A DNA stretch of 64,000 nucleotides. Source: an uncultured delta proteobacterium (GTDB lineage Bacteria > Desulfobacterota > Binatia > Binatales > Binataceae). Both the position numbers and the translations under genes were made by a program. Positions 47,379 through 57,560 of this stretch are shown here, piece by piece. Location of the stretch: NCBI GenBank assembly GCA_963788205.1, contig CAWBGG010000007.1:378732-442731 (forward strand). The letters are read 5' to 3'. Position 1 is the first letter of the stretch; the number at the start of each line of letters is the position of its first letter. The notes beneath the pieces were generated by a model that saw nothing but the letters and a program-made list of their open reading frames with translations, made no database searches and was not told where the DNA came from.

Positions 47379-48407
47379 ATGTACTTGCGCGGGAAGAAAA
47401 TCATCCTGCACGACATGACGTTGCGCGACGGGATGCATCCGAAGCGCCATCAGATAACGCTCGATCAGATGAGATCGATCGCTGTCGGGCTCGACGAGGC
47501 GGGCGTGCCGCTGATCGAAGTCACTCACGGCGACGGCCTGGGTGGCGCCTCGATCAACTACGGCTTCCCGCGCCATTCGGATCAGGAGTATTTCGCCGCG
47601 GTGATTCCGCTCCTCAAGCACGCCAAAGTCTCCGCGCTTTTGGTGCCGGGAATCGGCACGGTCGATCACCTGAGAATGGCGCGCGAAGCGGGCGTGTCCA
47701 CAATCCGGGTCGCCACTCACTGCACCGAGGCCGATGTCTCCGAACAGCATATCGGCCTGGCGCGCGAGCTGAAGATGGATACGGTGGGCTTCCTGATGAT
47801 GGCGCACATGGCGGAGCCTGACAAAATCCTCGAGCAGGCAATGCTGATGGAATCCTACGGCGCCAACTGCATCTATGTCACCGACTCGGCGGGCTACATG
47901 CTGCCCGACCATGTGCGCGCCCGGTTCGGCCCGTTGCGCGAGAAGCTCAAGCCGGAGACCGAGCTTGGCTTCCACGGCCATCACAACCTCGCGATGGGAG
48001 TCGCCAATTCGCTTGCGGCGATCGAATGCGGAGCAACCCGTATCGACGCAGCCGCCGCCGGCCTCGGCGCCGGCGCCGGCAACACGCCGATGGAGGTGTT
48101 CGTTGCGGTCTGCGAGCGGATGGGGATCGAAACCGGCGTCAACGTATTCAAGATCGCCGACGTGGCCGAAGACCTGGTCGTGCCGATCATGGACACGCCC
48201 GTGCGCATCGATCGCGACGCGCTGACGCTCGGCTACGCCGGCGTCTACTCGACGTTCCTGCTGTTCGCCAAGCGGGCCGAGGCCAAGTATCGCGTTCCGG
48301 CGCGGGAGATTCTGATGGAGCTGGGACGGCGGCGCATGATCGGCGGCCAGGAAGACATGATAGAAGACACCGCGCTCACGATGGCGCGTGAGCGCGGCCT
48401 GCTGTAA
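47379..48407 (+). CDS. mhpE: 4-hydroxy-2-oxovalerate aldolase
   Basis: [23 protein letters not shown] and DSAGYMLP motifs of DmpG/MhpE/BphI. Confidence 0.85.
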   Translation: MYLRGKKIILHDMTLRDGMHPKRHQITLDQMRSIAVGLDEAGVPLIEVTHGDGLGGASINYGFPRHSDQEYFAAVIPLLKHAKVSALLVPGIGTVDHLRMAREAGVSTIRVATHCTEADVSEQHIGLARELKMDTVGFLMMAHMAEPDKILEQAMLMESYGANCIYVTDSAGYMLPDHVRARFGPLREKLKPETELGFHGHHNLAMGVANSLAAIECGATRIDAAAAGLGAGAGNTPMEVFVAVCERMGIETGVNVFKIADVAEDLVVPIMDTPVRIDRDALTLGYAGVYSTFLLFAKRAEAKYRVPAREILMELGRRRMIGGQEDMIEDTALTMARERGLL

Positions 48408-48436
48408 GCGTGGTCCAAGAGCGGACGATCCGAAGA

Positions 48437-48480
48437 TGCCTCTCCCGCGCCTGCGGCTTGGCCGCAGACGCAAACCGGGA
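48437..48480. repeat. palindromic element family C copy; may act as a terminator after the aldolase gene
   Basis: cctctcccgcgcctgcggcttggccgcagacgcaaaccgggagagg. Confidence 0.5.
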
Positions 48481-48530
48481 GAGGTCGCCGAGCGATTTGC
48501 GCAGCATGTCGCTCTGCGGATGAGGGTGCC

Positions 48531-49814
48531 TTACGGCGCCGCTTTCACCATCGCGTCCACCGTGCAGAACTGCTTGTCGACCGCGCCCATGTTGATGTAC
48601 CAGCACTCCCGCTCGGGCGTATGCGCTCCCGGCAGATAGCACATCGAGGAATATCCGGTCTGCGTGTCGATCGCCGCGGCGCCGACAATGAACTCGCGCT
48701 TGAACGGGTAGATCGCGACTCGCGCGTCGGGCACCGGACGGTCGCGGTAGGTCAGCCAATAGATATGAGTTCGCCAGAGCTGGCCGCTGCGATCGTAGGT
48801 ATCCACGTAGGGCTCGAACCAAACCTCGGAGTCGAGGTACAGAACGGTTTTCTGCTCGAGCGCACCTGACGCCTGCCCCGTCTCGCGCCTCGGTGTCGCT
48901 TCCAGGACGTACATGTGGCGCATCTCCCAGTTCTCGGGGCAGGCTGACGCCCCGCCGTCATATGGGCAGGTGACTTCGGGCGAATGGGCCGCGTGCACGC
49001 TGGCCAGCATCTCCTTTTCGCCCAGGAAGCGATAGTTGTACTGTTCGGTCTTGGGATTGAAACCGGAATAGTGGTCCGCGTCGGCGCTGAGGGCGGAAAT
49101 CGAGGAGCTCAGCAACGCTTCACTGAGCCGGCGGACACGGCGGGAGCCCGGCGTCCAGAGCCAATCGTCGTCGCCGCGATTGGGGTCGCCGTAGCGATAG
49201 CGAATCGTTCCCGCACCCCGTTCTTCCTGCGGCGCGATTATCGGGTAAGCCCCGAACATCCAGAGACGGTTGCTGATCTTGTAGTCGGGATCGGTCGGAA
49301 TCGGCTCGACTTCGGTCCGCCCAACCAGGTTGTAACCCGCGTAATGCCCGACCTCAAGGTCGAGAATCACTCTCTGCGGCCTCCCGGTTGTGATGTATTC
49401 GCTCTGGCAGTCAAAGAACCTCAGGTCATAGTCGTCGCTGGTGATCGGCCGAAAAACGTTGTTCCAGATGAGCTTGGAGCCGACGTAAGGATCGTTCACG
49501 TCGATCAGCGGAAAAGGTTGACCCGCTACGTAGCCGACCAGACTGCGATGGTCGGAGGAAAGACGCACCTGGGAGGAATATTTCTCGGTCGCCTCCTTGT
49601 ACGGCGGAGGCCAATCCACCCGCTCGGTCGCCGTGATATTCATCCGCATGTCGTGCTTGACCATGTAGTACGTGCCGGGCGACACGAGGTCTTTCACCAG
49701 TTCCGCGTTCTGCGCAGTGATGACGTCGCCGGGCTTTACCCCCGCCTGGGCGACGGCCGCGAACACCAATGCGCTTAAGAAAAAGAGCGCTCCCCTGAAA
49801 ATCCTGCTGGCCAT
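48531..49814 (-). CDS. secreted protein, DUF1329-like (tentative)
   Basis: Signal peptide MASRIFRGALFFLSALVFAAVAQA. About 430 aa of secreted protein resembling the DUF1329 family, which is often found next to aromatic or lipid catabolic genes. Assignment is from memory of the family pattern. Confidence 0.5.
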   Translation of the reverse strand: MASRIFRGALFFLSALVFAAVAQAGVKPGDVITAQNAELVKDLVSPGTYYMVKHDMRMNITATERVDWPPPYKEATEKYSSQVRLSSDHRSLVGYVAGQPFPLIDVNDPYVGSKLIWNNVFRPITSDDYDLRFFDCQSEYITTGRPQRVILDLEVGHYAGYNLVGRTEVEPIPTDPDYKISNRLWMFGAYPIIAPQEERGAGTIRYRYGDPNRGDDDWLWTPGSRRVRRLSEALLSSSISALSADADHYSGFNPKTEQYNYRFLGEKEMLASVHAAHSPEVTCPYDGGASACPENWEMRHMYVLEATPRRETGQASGALEQKTVLYLDSEVWFEPYVDTYDRSGQLWRTHIYWLTYRDRPVPDARVAIYPFKREFIVGAAAIDTQTGYSSMCYLPGAHTPERECWYINMGAVDKQFCTVDAMVKAAP

Positions 49815-49958
49815 ACGCAGTCCCTCCCGCCGGTTGTTAACAACCCCCCGGGTTGACGAAACCCCAACTTGAGTGCGGACTATACTCAATGAGAACCAGA
49901 CGCGCCAACGCAGCGCGACCGGTTCCCGCAAGAGCCTCATTGTCAATCGCCCCATCGG

Positions 49959-52310
49959 TCATCGTATCGCCCCGCTGCTCCTGAGCGCGGCAATCCGGGC
50001 GGAATCGTAGCCCAGGTATTCGGCAAGAATCTGGTCGGTATGCTCGCTGAGCGCAGGAGCGGCGCGCGGGGCGGGAGGAACGGTCGCGGAGAACTTCGCC
50101 AGGATTCCAGTCTGCGTGACGGGACCCCATTGCGAGTGAATCACCTCGGCGAGCAGCTCGTTGGCCGCGATTTGCGGGTCGGCGAACAGGTCCTTGATTC
50201 GATTGACCGGCGTGGCCGGAATCACGGCTCGCTCTAGCATCCGCAAGGCCTCCGCGCGCTCCATATCACCGAATAAATCGCCTAGCGCGCCTGCGAGTTC
50301 CCCGCTGGCGGGTCCGCGTGCAGCATCGGCAAACACAGTGCCGGCGGCCGCGGGGCACAGCGCGCGCATCGCGTCCCACTGAGCCTCCTCGGCAATCGCA
50401 ATGAAAAGCGATTTGCCGTCGCGGCATCGATAGCATCGCGCCAGGGCGGACGGTCCCCGATACTCGGCATCGCCGTTCTCCAAGTCGGGACGGCCCTTGT
50501 AAAAGATGAATTCCCCCGCCTGAAAGGCCATCGCGGACTGGAGCAACGAGGTCTCGCACATCTGGCCGCGCCCCGTCAATCGGCGCGCGCGCAGCGCCAG
50601 CAGACATCCCAGCGCCGAGAGCATCGCCGCGCCGTAATCGCATAGCGCGCAAGCCAGGTACACCGGATGGCCGTGATGGCCGCCCTGCGCCGCCTGCAAT
50701 CCCGATCGCGCCTGAAGCAGCGGATCGAAGCTCGGCTGATCGTGCTGAGGCCCGCCATTGCCAAAGCCGGTGACCGACATATAGACCAGGCCGGGATTCA
50801 GCGCAGCGAGGGTCTCGTAGCCGAAGCCCATCTTGCGCATTCGGCCGGGCCGTAGATTCTCGACCAGGATGTCGGCCTTCTTCGTAAGCCCGTAAACGAT
50901 CTCGCGTCCGGCGGCGGATTCCAGGTTCACCGCCATCCCGCGCTTGCCCTGGTTCCAGCCCAGAAAGGCGAGCGCGAGATGACGCACCGAGTCGCCGCGC
51001 ATGCTCTCGACCTTGATTACGTCGGCGCCCATCTGCGCGAGCAGCATCGGGCCGTACGATCCCGCGATGTAACTGGCAAAATCGAGCACCAACACGCCGG
51101 CCAGCGGACCCGCACGATGCGAGCGGGCTTGTGAGCCTTCGCGATCCGGCCGGTCCGAAGGCACATTGCTGCTGATCGATGCGATGATCCCGGCGGCGCT
51201 TTGGGCGCGTGCATCAAAGGCCGGCGCGGGCCCGGCGATCTCACCGGGAGTATCGTGCAGAGTGATCGACACTCCCATCTGGACGGTCGGGCCGAGCGTA
51301 GGGTCGGCGATCTCACGCCGCATGTTGAGGAATCGCACTTGCGAGTCCTCGACAAATTCCTGGCGCGTAAGCACCGGCGCCGCGGGAACATCGCCCTCGC
51401 GGAAAATCCGCAGCCAGTCATCGCGCGTCCGGGTACGCATCGTAGCGTCGAGAATTTCCTTGAGCCGCGGCCAGTTTTCCTGGCATCCCCAGGGCGCGCC
51501 TTCAAAACGCGGATCGCCAACGAGATCCACCCGGTCGATCGCGATCGCGAGCTTGTTCCAGAAGACCGTGCTGGCGCAGGCGACGAACAGGTAGAGGCCG
51601 TCTGCAGTCTGAAAAAGCCGAAACGACGGGATCGGACCGAGCGGGTCGTTGGCGCCCTCGGCATAGAGCGCGACCAGCTTGGGATGGCGGATGATCGTGC
51701 CGGTCTGAAGGGCGAGCGCCGCCGCCAGCAGCGGCACTTCTATTAGTTGTCCTTCGCGAGATTGTCCTGCGTCACCGGCGTCGCGCGCGATCAGCGCGGC
51801 GACTGCGGCTGCCGCCGCCATCACGCCCGCCGCATAGCCGACCGCCGGCAAGGTGAGCGGCGCGGGATCTCCGCTGCGGGTGAACTGATTTCCGGCCAGC
51901 CCGCCGCGAGCCTGCACCGCCTCTTCGCACGCGTCGAAGCCGGCTTCCGCGCCTCGGCTGCCGAAGGGCGGCATGCTGACCAGCAGCGCGCCCGGATTTA
52001 TCGCCCGAATCGAATCGTAGCCGAGGCCGAGTGCCCGCGCGCGTGCCGGCGTATGGCCCGTAATCACGATGTCGGCCCAGCGGATGAGATCGCGCACCTG
52101 GTCGCCCGAATCCCGCGACTCGAAATCCAGGAATAGCGAGCGCTTATTGCGATTGGCGACGTGAAAATGCGGTCCGCCGCGGCTGGCGGCGCCGTTCGAC
52201 GGCTCAACCTTGATTACGCTCGCACCATGCTCGCCCAGCAGCATCGCGGCGTACGCGGCGGCGAGATGCGAGCTGAACTCGACCAGCTTGACGCCTTCGA
52301 GCGACTTCAT
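49959..52310 (-). CDS. CoA-transferase family III protein with two fused CaiB/BaiF-like domains
   Basis: 783 aa. The GVKLVEFSS...IKVE N-terminal pattern repeats at residues about 400 onward (GVLVLDFASY...IKVES). Confidence 0.75.
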   Translation of the reverse strand: MKSLEGVKLVEFSSHLAAAYAAMLLGEHGASVIKVEPSNGAASRGGPHFHVANRNKRSLFLDFESRDSGDQVRDLIRWADIVITGHTPARARALGLGYDSIRAINPGALLVSMPPFGSRGAEAGFDACEEAVQARGGLAGNQFTRSGDPAPLTLPAVGYAAGVMAAAAAVAALIARDAGDAGQSREGQLIEVPLLAAALALQTGTIIRHPKLVALYAEGANDPLGPIPSFRLFQTADGLYLFVACASTVFWNKLAIAIDRVDLVGDPRFEGAPWGCQENWPRLKEILDATMRTRTRDDWLRIFREGDVPAAPVLTRQEFVEDSQVRFLNMRREIADPTLGPTVQMGVSITLHDTPGEIAGPAPAFDARAQSAAGIIASISSNVPSDRPDREGSQARSHRAGPLAGVLVLDFASYIAGSYGPMLLAQMGADVIKVESMRGDSVRHLALAFLGWNQGKRGMAVNLESAAGREIVYGLTKKADILVENLRPGRMRKMGFGYETLAALNPGLVYMSVTGFGNGGPQHDQPSFDPLLQARSGLQAAQGGHHGHPVYLACALCDYGAAMLSALGCLLALRARRLTGRGQMCETSLLQSAMAFQAGEFIFYKGRPDLENGDAEYRGPSALARCYRCRDGKSLFIAIAEEAQWDAMRALCPAAAGTVFADAARGPASGELAGALGDLFGDMERAEALRMLERAVIPATPVNRIKDLFADPQIAANELLAEVIHSQWGPVTQTGILAKFSATVPPAPRAAPALSEHTDQILAEYLGYDSARIAALRSSGAIR

Positions 52311-52357
52311 GATTTAGCTTCGGCGCTGCTTCATCGATCGCAAAATCGAGCCGGTCC

Positions 52358-53572
52358 TCATATCACGCCGGTCTCGCGCAAGCGGGCGACCTGTTCGCGG
52401 CTGTAGCCGAGCTCATCGAGCACCGCGTCGGTATGCTCGCCGAGTTTCGGCGCCGGCCCGCGCGGATTGGCGGGAGTCGCGCTGAATCTAATCGGCATCC
52501 CGACCAGCTTCAGTTGGCCGTACTCGGGATGCTCGTAGTCAACGATATAGTCATTGGCCACAATCTGCGGATCATCGGGAAGATCAGTGATCGAATTGAC
52601 CACGCTATATACCAGGTCGCCGGCGACTTTCAGGATCGCGATCCACTCGGCGCGGGTTCGGGTCGCAATCGTACGATCCATAATCTCGATCAGCGCGGCG
52701 GCATTCTGGGCCCGCACCGGCAGGACCGAGAAGCGCGGATCCTCGATCAACTCAATGTGTCCGAGCGCGGTGCAGAAATCCTTCCAGTAGCGATCCGGCT
52801 CGGCCATCGCGAAGCAAATCCACTTGCCGTCGGCGCATCGGTAGTGATTCCAGAGCGGGTTCACGGCCCGCGTGCGTGGCATCCGCCCGAACTCGCGCCC
52901 GGTCATGATCCGCGAGGCCACGTTGAGGCGCTGCAGCAGAGTCATCGAGCCGAGCAGTGAAGTATCCACTTCCTGGCCGACGCCGTATTTGTCGCGAGCC
53001 AGTATGGCTGTGACTATTCCCAGCGCGAGCACGATCGCCCCGGCCTCGTCGGCGACGCCGGCGCATACCGGACGCGGCGGATCGTCGGGCGCGCCGCCAA
53101 TGGTCATCATGAGGCCCGAGCGCGCTTGCGCCATCAAGTCGAACGACGGTTCGGCAGCGTCCGGCCCCTCGGGTCCGTAGCCCGAAGCGGTGGCATAAAT
53201 CAGGCGCGGGTTGTGGGCCTTGAGCGTTGGGTAGTCGAGTCCCAGCCGCTTGGCCACGCCGAGCCTGAAGTTCTGCACGAACACGTCGCTCTTCTCGACC
53301 AATTTGTACACGATTTCGAGCGCTTCGGGGCGCTTGAGGTCGAGCCCGACGCTTTTCTTGTGCCGGTTGTTGCACTCGAAGAGAAAATTGGGGGAGCCCT
53401 TGGCGCCGATCGGCGGCGACGCGGGCATCATGCCGCGACCGGGATCGCCCCATTTGCGATCTTCGATCTTGATTATCTCGGCGCCCATGTCGGCCAGCGT
53501 GGTGGTCGCGGCTGGCCCCTGCTGCCAGATCGACCATTCGGTTATGCGGATTCCCTTGAGCGGTGCATCCAT
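52358..53572 (-). CDS. CoA-transferase family III (CaiB/BaiF)
   Basis: GIRITEWS...IIKIE and the full family III pattern. Start chosen at the MDAPLKG methionine. Confidence 0.75.
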   Translation of the reverse strand: MDAPLKGIRITEWSIWQQGPAATTTLADMGAEIIKIEDRKWGDPGRGMMPASPPIGAKGSPNFLFECNNRHKKSVGLDLKRPEALEIVYKLVEKSDVFVQNFRLGVAKRLGLDYPTLKAHNPRLIYATASGYGPEGPDAAEPSFDLMAQARSGLMMTIGGAPDDPPRPVCAGVADEAGAIVLALGIVTAILARDKYGVGQEVDTSLLGSMTLLQRLNVASRIMTGREFGRMPRTRAVNPLWNHYRCADGKWICFAMAEPDRYWKDFCTALGHIELIEDPRFSVLPVRAQNAAALIEIMDRTIATRTRAEWIAILKVAGDLVYSVVNSITDLPDDPQIVANDYIVDYEHPEYGQLKLVGMPIRFSATPANPRGPAPKLGEHTDAVLDELGYSREQVARLRETGVI

Positions 53573-53721
53573 GACCCGTGTCATTAGCACAAGTGCGGCC
53601 GGGTCCAATGGGTCTGAAGGATGGTCCAAATGGGGTAAGTTTCCGACGAACACGATCTCCGGCAGCAATGGCTTGAGCTTGGCCGCCATTGCGGCGAGAA
53701 GTCGCCGATTCGATTGAAGAC

Positions 53722-54234
53722 TCAAGGCCTGAGCCGGGCGGAAAGCTCGCGTCTCGCCAGCTCTCGTTCCCTCGCACTTCCGTCGCGTAGCGCGTCAACC
53801 AGCGCGAGCAGCTGGTAAAGTTCCCGGTCCTTCAGAGCGGCTTGCGGGGCTCCTTTGTAAAGCGGCAGGAATGAGTAGCCCCGTTTGGACCCTTCCTCAA
53901 ATGGCCAAACCGGCACTGGGTCCTCCTGGGTGATCTGGCGATTGAGCGGCTCCGCCGCAGAAGCGGTCGGAATGCCGCGAGTCATGCCTCCCTTCTGGGC
54001 TGGAAAAGCGTACTTGATCCCATGGATCAGGAACTCCTCCAGCGCTTTGGCGTTCACGCGGTCGCCGAGCTCGGGCCCGTGAATCAGCCGCGCTGCGCGC
54101 GCGCGGCGAATTGAAGCATGAACCTCGGATGGGCTCATGTGGAGATCGACGGCCAGTCGGGCGTAGGTCGGCCGCTTGTCCTGCGCTTTGAGAATAAGCT
54201 TGAGCAGAACAGCGATGTCCTGAGGCTTCAACAT
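53722..54234 (-). CDS. putative HTH-type transcriptional regulator
   Basis: 170 aa. N-terminal helix-turn-helix-like segment (KRPTYARLAVDLHMSPSEVHASIRRA). Divergent from the thiolase/DUF35 genes. Confidence 0.45.
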   Translation of the reverse strand: MLKPQDIAVLLKLILKAQDKRPTYARLAVDLHMSPSEVHASIRRARAARLIHGPELGDRVNAKALEEFLIHGIKYAFPAQKGGMTRGIPTASAAEPLNRQITQEDPVPVWPFEEGSKRGYSFLPLYKGAPQAALKDRELYQLLALVDALRDGSARERELARRELSARLRP

Positions 54235-54424
54235 CAGAGTGTATTATCCTGGCCCATTCAGTATTCGCGATTCTAGAATATAGAATGCAGCCTTTCAAGA
54301 ACGTGACCACTTGCGCCGCTTGGCTTCAATACGTCGTCCAAATGGGTTAGTCGGCGCGGGGCGCGCGGACGATCGGTTTGACATCGAACGCGATAGTTGC
54401 GATGAGGCAAAGCGGGCGCGGGCG

Positions 54425-55618
54425 ATGAGCCAATACACCGTCAAGGACAAGGTCGCGATCGTCGGCATCGGCGAGACCGCTTATTACAAACGCGGCGGCG
54501 CGCCGGTGCCGGAATTCGTACTGGCCTGCGAAGCGATTCTCAAGGCGGCCGACGACGCCGGCATCAAGGTCGAGGACATCGACGGTTTCGCCTCGTTCGC
54601 GACCGAACGCAACGCGGCGGCGCGAGTCGCGGCCGCGCTGGGCGTGAAGCACTTCAGCCTGGCCAATATGGTATGGAATGGCGGCGGCGGCGGCGGCTCG
54701 GCGGCGATTGGCAATGCGGCGGCGGCGATCGCCGCAGGCTACTCGAAATACGTGGTCGTATACCGGGCGCTGGCGCAGGGACAGTTCGGACGCTTCGGCG
54801 CCAGCGCTCCGATGACCACGGTCTCGGGCGCGATGGGCGCGTACTCGAACTTCTCCTCGTACGTCGCGCCCTACGGACTGCTCGCGCCGGCTCATTGGGT
54901 CGCGTTGCGGGTGCGCCGCTTCATGCACGAGCATCACATCAATCAGGATCCGCTGGCCGCGATTGCGCTCGCCTCGTACCATCACGCGCAGTTCAATCCG
55001 CGCGCCGTGATGCATGGCAAGCCGCTCACGCGCGAGCAGTACGACAAGTCGCGATGGGTGGTCGAGCCGTTCCATCTCTATGATTGCTGCATGGAGAACG
55101 ACGGCGCGGCGGCCGCGATCCTGACCACTGCCGAGCGGGCACGCGACCTGAAGCAGAAACCCGCCTGGGTGATGGGGGCGGCGCAAGGCTCAGGCTTTCG
55201 CACCGAGGTCGCGGCCGAAAACACTTGGGATTATCCGACGGCCAACTTCAAGACCGTCGCGCCGCGGCTGTTCGAGATGGCCGGGATCACCGCCAAAGAC
55301 GTCGACGTGGCCCAGATGTACGAGCACTTTACCGGCGGCGTCGTGATGGCGATGGTCGAGCATGGCTTCTGCCGTCCCGACGAATTGATGGAGTTCTGCC
55401 GCTTCGAAAACCTGATCGCACCCGACGGCAAGCTGCCGCTTAACACCAGCGGCGGCAACCTCGCCGAGTGCTACGTGCACGGGATGGAGCTGATCAACGA
55501 GGCCGTGCGGCAGGTCCGCGGTACATCCACCTCGCAGGTGAAAGACGCCGAAATCTCGCTGGTGGTATCGGGACCGATGGTCGCGCAGGGCGTGAGCGAC
55601 CTCATCCTGCACGGATGA
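54425..55618 (+). CDS. thiolase-like lipid-transfer protein (SCP-x type)
   Basis: Paralog of 13056-14228. VAIVGIGET N-terminus. Confidence 0.8.
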   Translation: MSQYTVKDKVAIVGIGETAYYKRGGAPVPEFVLACEAILKAADDAGIKVEDIDGFASFATERNAAARVAAALGVKHFSLANMVWNGGGGGGSAAIGNAAAAIAAGYSKYVVVYRALAQGQFGRFGASAPMTTVSGAMGAYSNFSSYVAPYGLLAPAHWVALRVRRFMHEHHINQDPLAAIALASYHHAQFNPRAVMHGKPLTREQYDKSRWVVEPFHLYDCCMENDGAAAAILTTAERARDLKQKPAWVMGAAQGSGFRTEVAAENTWDYPTANFKTVAPRLFEMAGITAKDVDVAQMYEHFTGGVVMAMVEHGFCRPDELMEFCRFENLIAPDGKLPLNTSGGNLAECYVHGMELINEAVRQVRGTSTSQVKDAEISLVVSGPMVAQGVSDLILHG

Positions 55619-55630
55619 CTTCTGGTACGG

Positions 55631-56103
55631 ATGAAGATTCTGATGGCGAACCCAGCATCAAAACCGTATCTGCCGCCCGGGCTGCCGATTCCCCGGCCGA
55701 CTCCCGACGCGCTCGACAAGCCCTTCTGGGACGCGGCGGCGCGGCATGAACTGGTGGTCCAGAAATGCGCGAAGTGCGGGACGCTGCAATTCGCGCCCGA
55801 ATGGGTCTGCTACAAGTGCCACACGTTCGAGCTCACCTGGCAAAAGCTCTCCGGCAGGGGCGGATCTATAGCTGGGAGCGGGTTTGGAATCCGGCCCATC
55901 CGGCCCTCAAAGATGCGCTTCCGTACCTCGTGGTGCTGGTCGAGCTGTCCGACGGCGACGGCATCCGGATGGTCGGCAATCTGCTCGGCGACCCGAAGCA
56001 AGAGGTCCGTATCGGGGCTGAAGTCGAGGCAGTATTCGAGGACCATCCCGAGCATCAGTTCACCCTGATCCAATGGGCCATGGTCCCGGGACGATCCCGT
56101 TAG
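55631..56103 (+). pseudogene. DUF35 zinc-ribbon/OB-fold gene with a single-nt frameshift
   Basis: Frame 1 gives CAKCG...CYKCHTFELTWQKLSGRG and then nonsense. Frame 2 continues RIYSWERVWNPAHPALKDALPYLVVLVEL..., homologous to the intact DUF35 at 12511. The switch is at the G-run caggggcgg near 55860. Confidence 0.65.
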
Positions 56104-56226
56104 TCCAATTGGACGCTTGTCCCAGGCGGCGCGATGGTAAGATAATCACTGGTCGGAACCCGTAAGACGCCAAGACAAGCGGGCGTGGATACAATCGCGG
56201 TCCGAACCAGTTAAGGAGACATAATC

Positions 56227-57474
56227 ATGGCGGGCGGAACCATTGACATCAATATTGAGGTCGACGAGGCAAACCGTTGGCGTCTGGAGACGCCGGGCAC
56301 CCAGGGCTGGAAGCGCACCGCGAGACCCGACGATCCCAACAAGTACCTGATGATCTCCGCGGACTGCCACGCGGGCGAGCCGGCCAACCTGTGGGTCGAC
56401 CGGATCGAGCCGGAGTATCGCAGTCGGCTGCCACGCACCGAGATCGATGAGAAGGGCGTGAAGTGGTCGATCTCCGAGGGCTGGCAGAAATCCCGCCTGC
56501 TCGACATGAAGCTGGACGGCGAAGACGGCGTCCGCGCCAAGGCTGGCGCGAGTCCCGCGGAAAGAATCAGGGACGACAACCGTGACGGTGTCGACGCCGA
56601 GATTATCTTCCCGAATCGGGGCCTGATGATGTGGGCGACGCCTGACCCGGCGTTCGCCGAGGCGCAATGCCGCGTCTATAACACCTGGGCATGGGAAGCC
56701 TACGGTCCGTACAACCATCGGCTCTCCCCGATGGCTTGCATCGCGCCCGGCGTAGTCGAGGGAGCCATCAAGGAAATCGAGCGCTGTGCCAAGCTGGGTT
56801 TTCGCGGCCTCAGCCTGCCGTGCAAGCCGATCTTCGGTCCGCACGACTCGCGCCATCCCAACTACAACTTGGCGATTTACAATCCGATGTGGAAGCTAAT
56901 CGAGGCGACCGGGATGCCGGTCACGTTCCACGTCTCGACCGGACGCGATCCGCGCGTGGCGCGTAAGGACGGCGGCGCCGTCATCAACTACGTGTCGCAT
57001 GCGATCACGCAGACGGTCGAGCCGCTGGCCTGCGTGTGCGCCTCGGGAGTCATAGAGCACTATCCGGGAATCCAGTTCTCGGGTATCGAGTGCGGTATCG
57101 GCTGGGTCGCATGGTCGGTCGACGCGATGGATGAGATCTACCGCAAGCATCACATGTGGGCCTTCCCGAAACTCAAGAAGATGCCGAGCGAGTACTTCCA
57201 CTCCAACTGCTCGGCGTCATTCCAGGAAGATCGGGTTGGCCTGGACACGTGCGTCAAGTACGGCCTGGTCGACAACATCATGTGGGCCAACGACTATCCG
57301 CATCACGAGGGTTCGTGGCCTCATTCGGCGGCAGCTATCGAGCGCCAGATGGGCCATCTGACCGAGGAGCAGCGCGCGAAGATCCTCGGCCTCAACGCGG
57401 CGCGGATTTTCAAGTTCGACGGCGACGCTCTGTTGAAGGCCCATCGCGATCGACTGAGCGCGGCAGCGAACTGA
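56227..57474 (+). CDS. amidohydrolase-2 family metal-dependent hydrolase/decarboxylase
   Basis: ISADCHAG, HVSTG and WANDYPHHEG metal-binding motifs. Good AGGAGA RBS. Confidence 0.75.
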   Translation: MAGGTIDINIEVDEANRWRLETPGTQGWKRTARPDDPNKYLMISADCHAGEPANLWVDRIEPEYRSRLPRTEIDEKGVKWSISEGWQKSRLLDMKLDGEDGVRAKAGASPAERIRDDNRDGVDAEIIFPNRGLMMWATPDPAFAEAQCRVYNTWAWEAYGPYNHRLSPMACIAPGVVEGAIKEIERCAKLGFRGLSLPCKPIFGPHDSRHPNYNLAIYNPMWKLIEATGMPVTFHVSTGRDPRVARKDGGAVINYVSHAITQTVEPLACVCASGVIEHYPGIQFSGIECGIGWVAWSVDAMDEIYRKHHMWAFPKLKKMPSEYFHSNCSASFQEDRVGLDTCVKYGLVDNIMWANDYPHHEGSWPHSAAAIERQMGHLTEEQRAKILGLNAARIFKFDGDALLKAHRDRLSAAAN

Positions 57475-57560
57475 GCAGACCGCGCGCGCACGCCGGATCT
57501 TGCGGAGGGGCGGGTCTACGATCCGTCCCTTCTTTCTTTTTCGAGGAGAATCTTTTCTTT

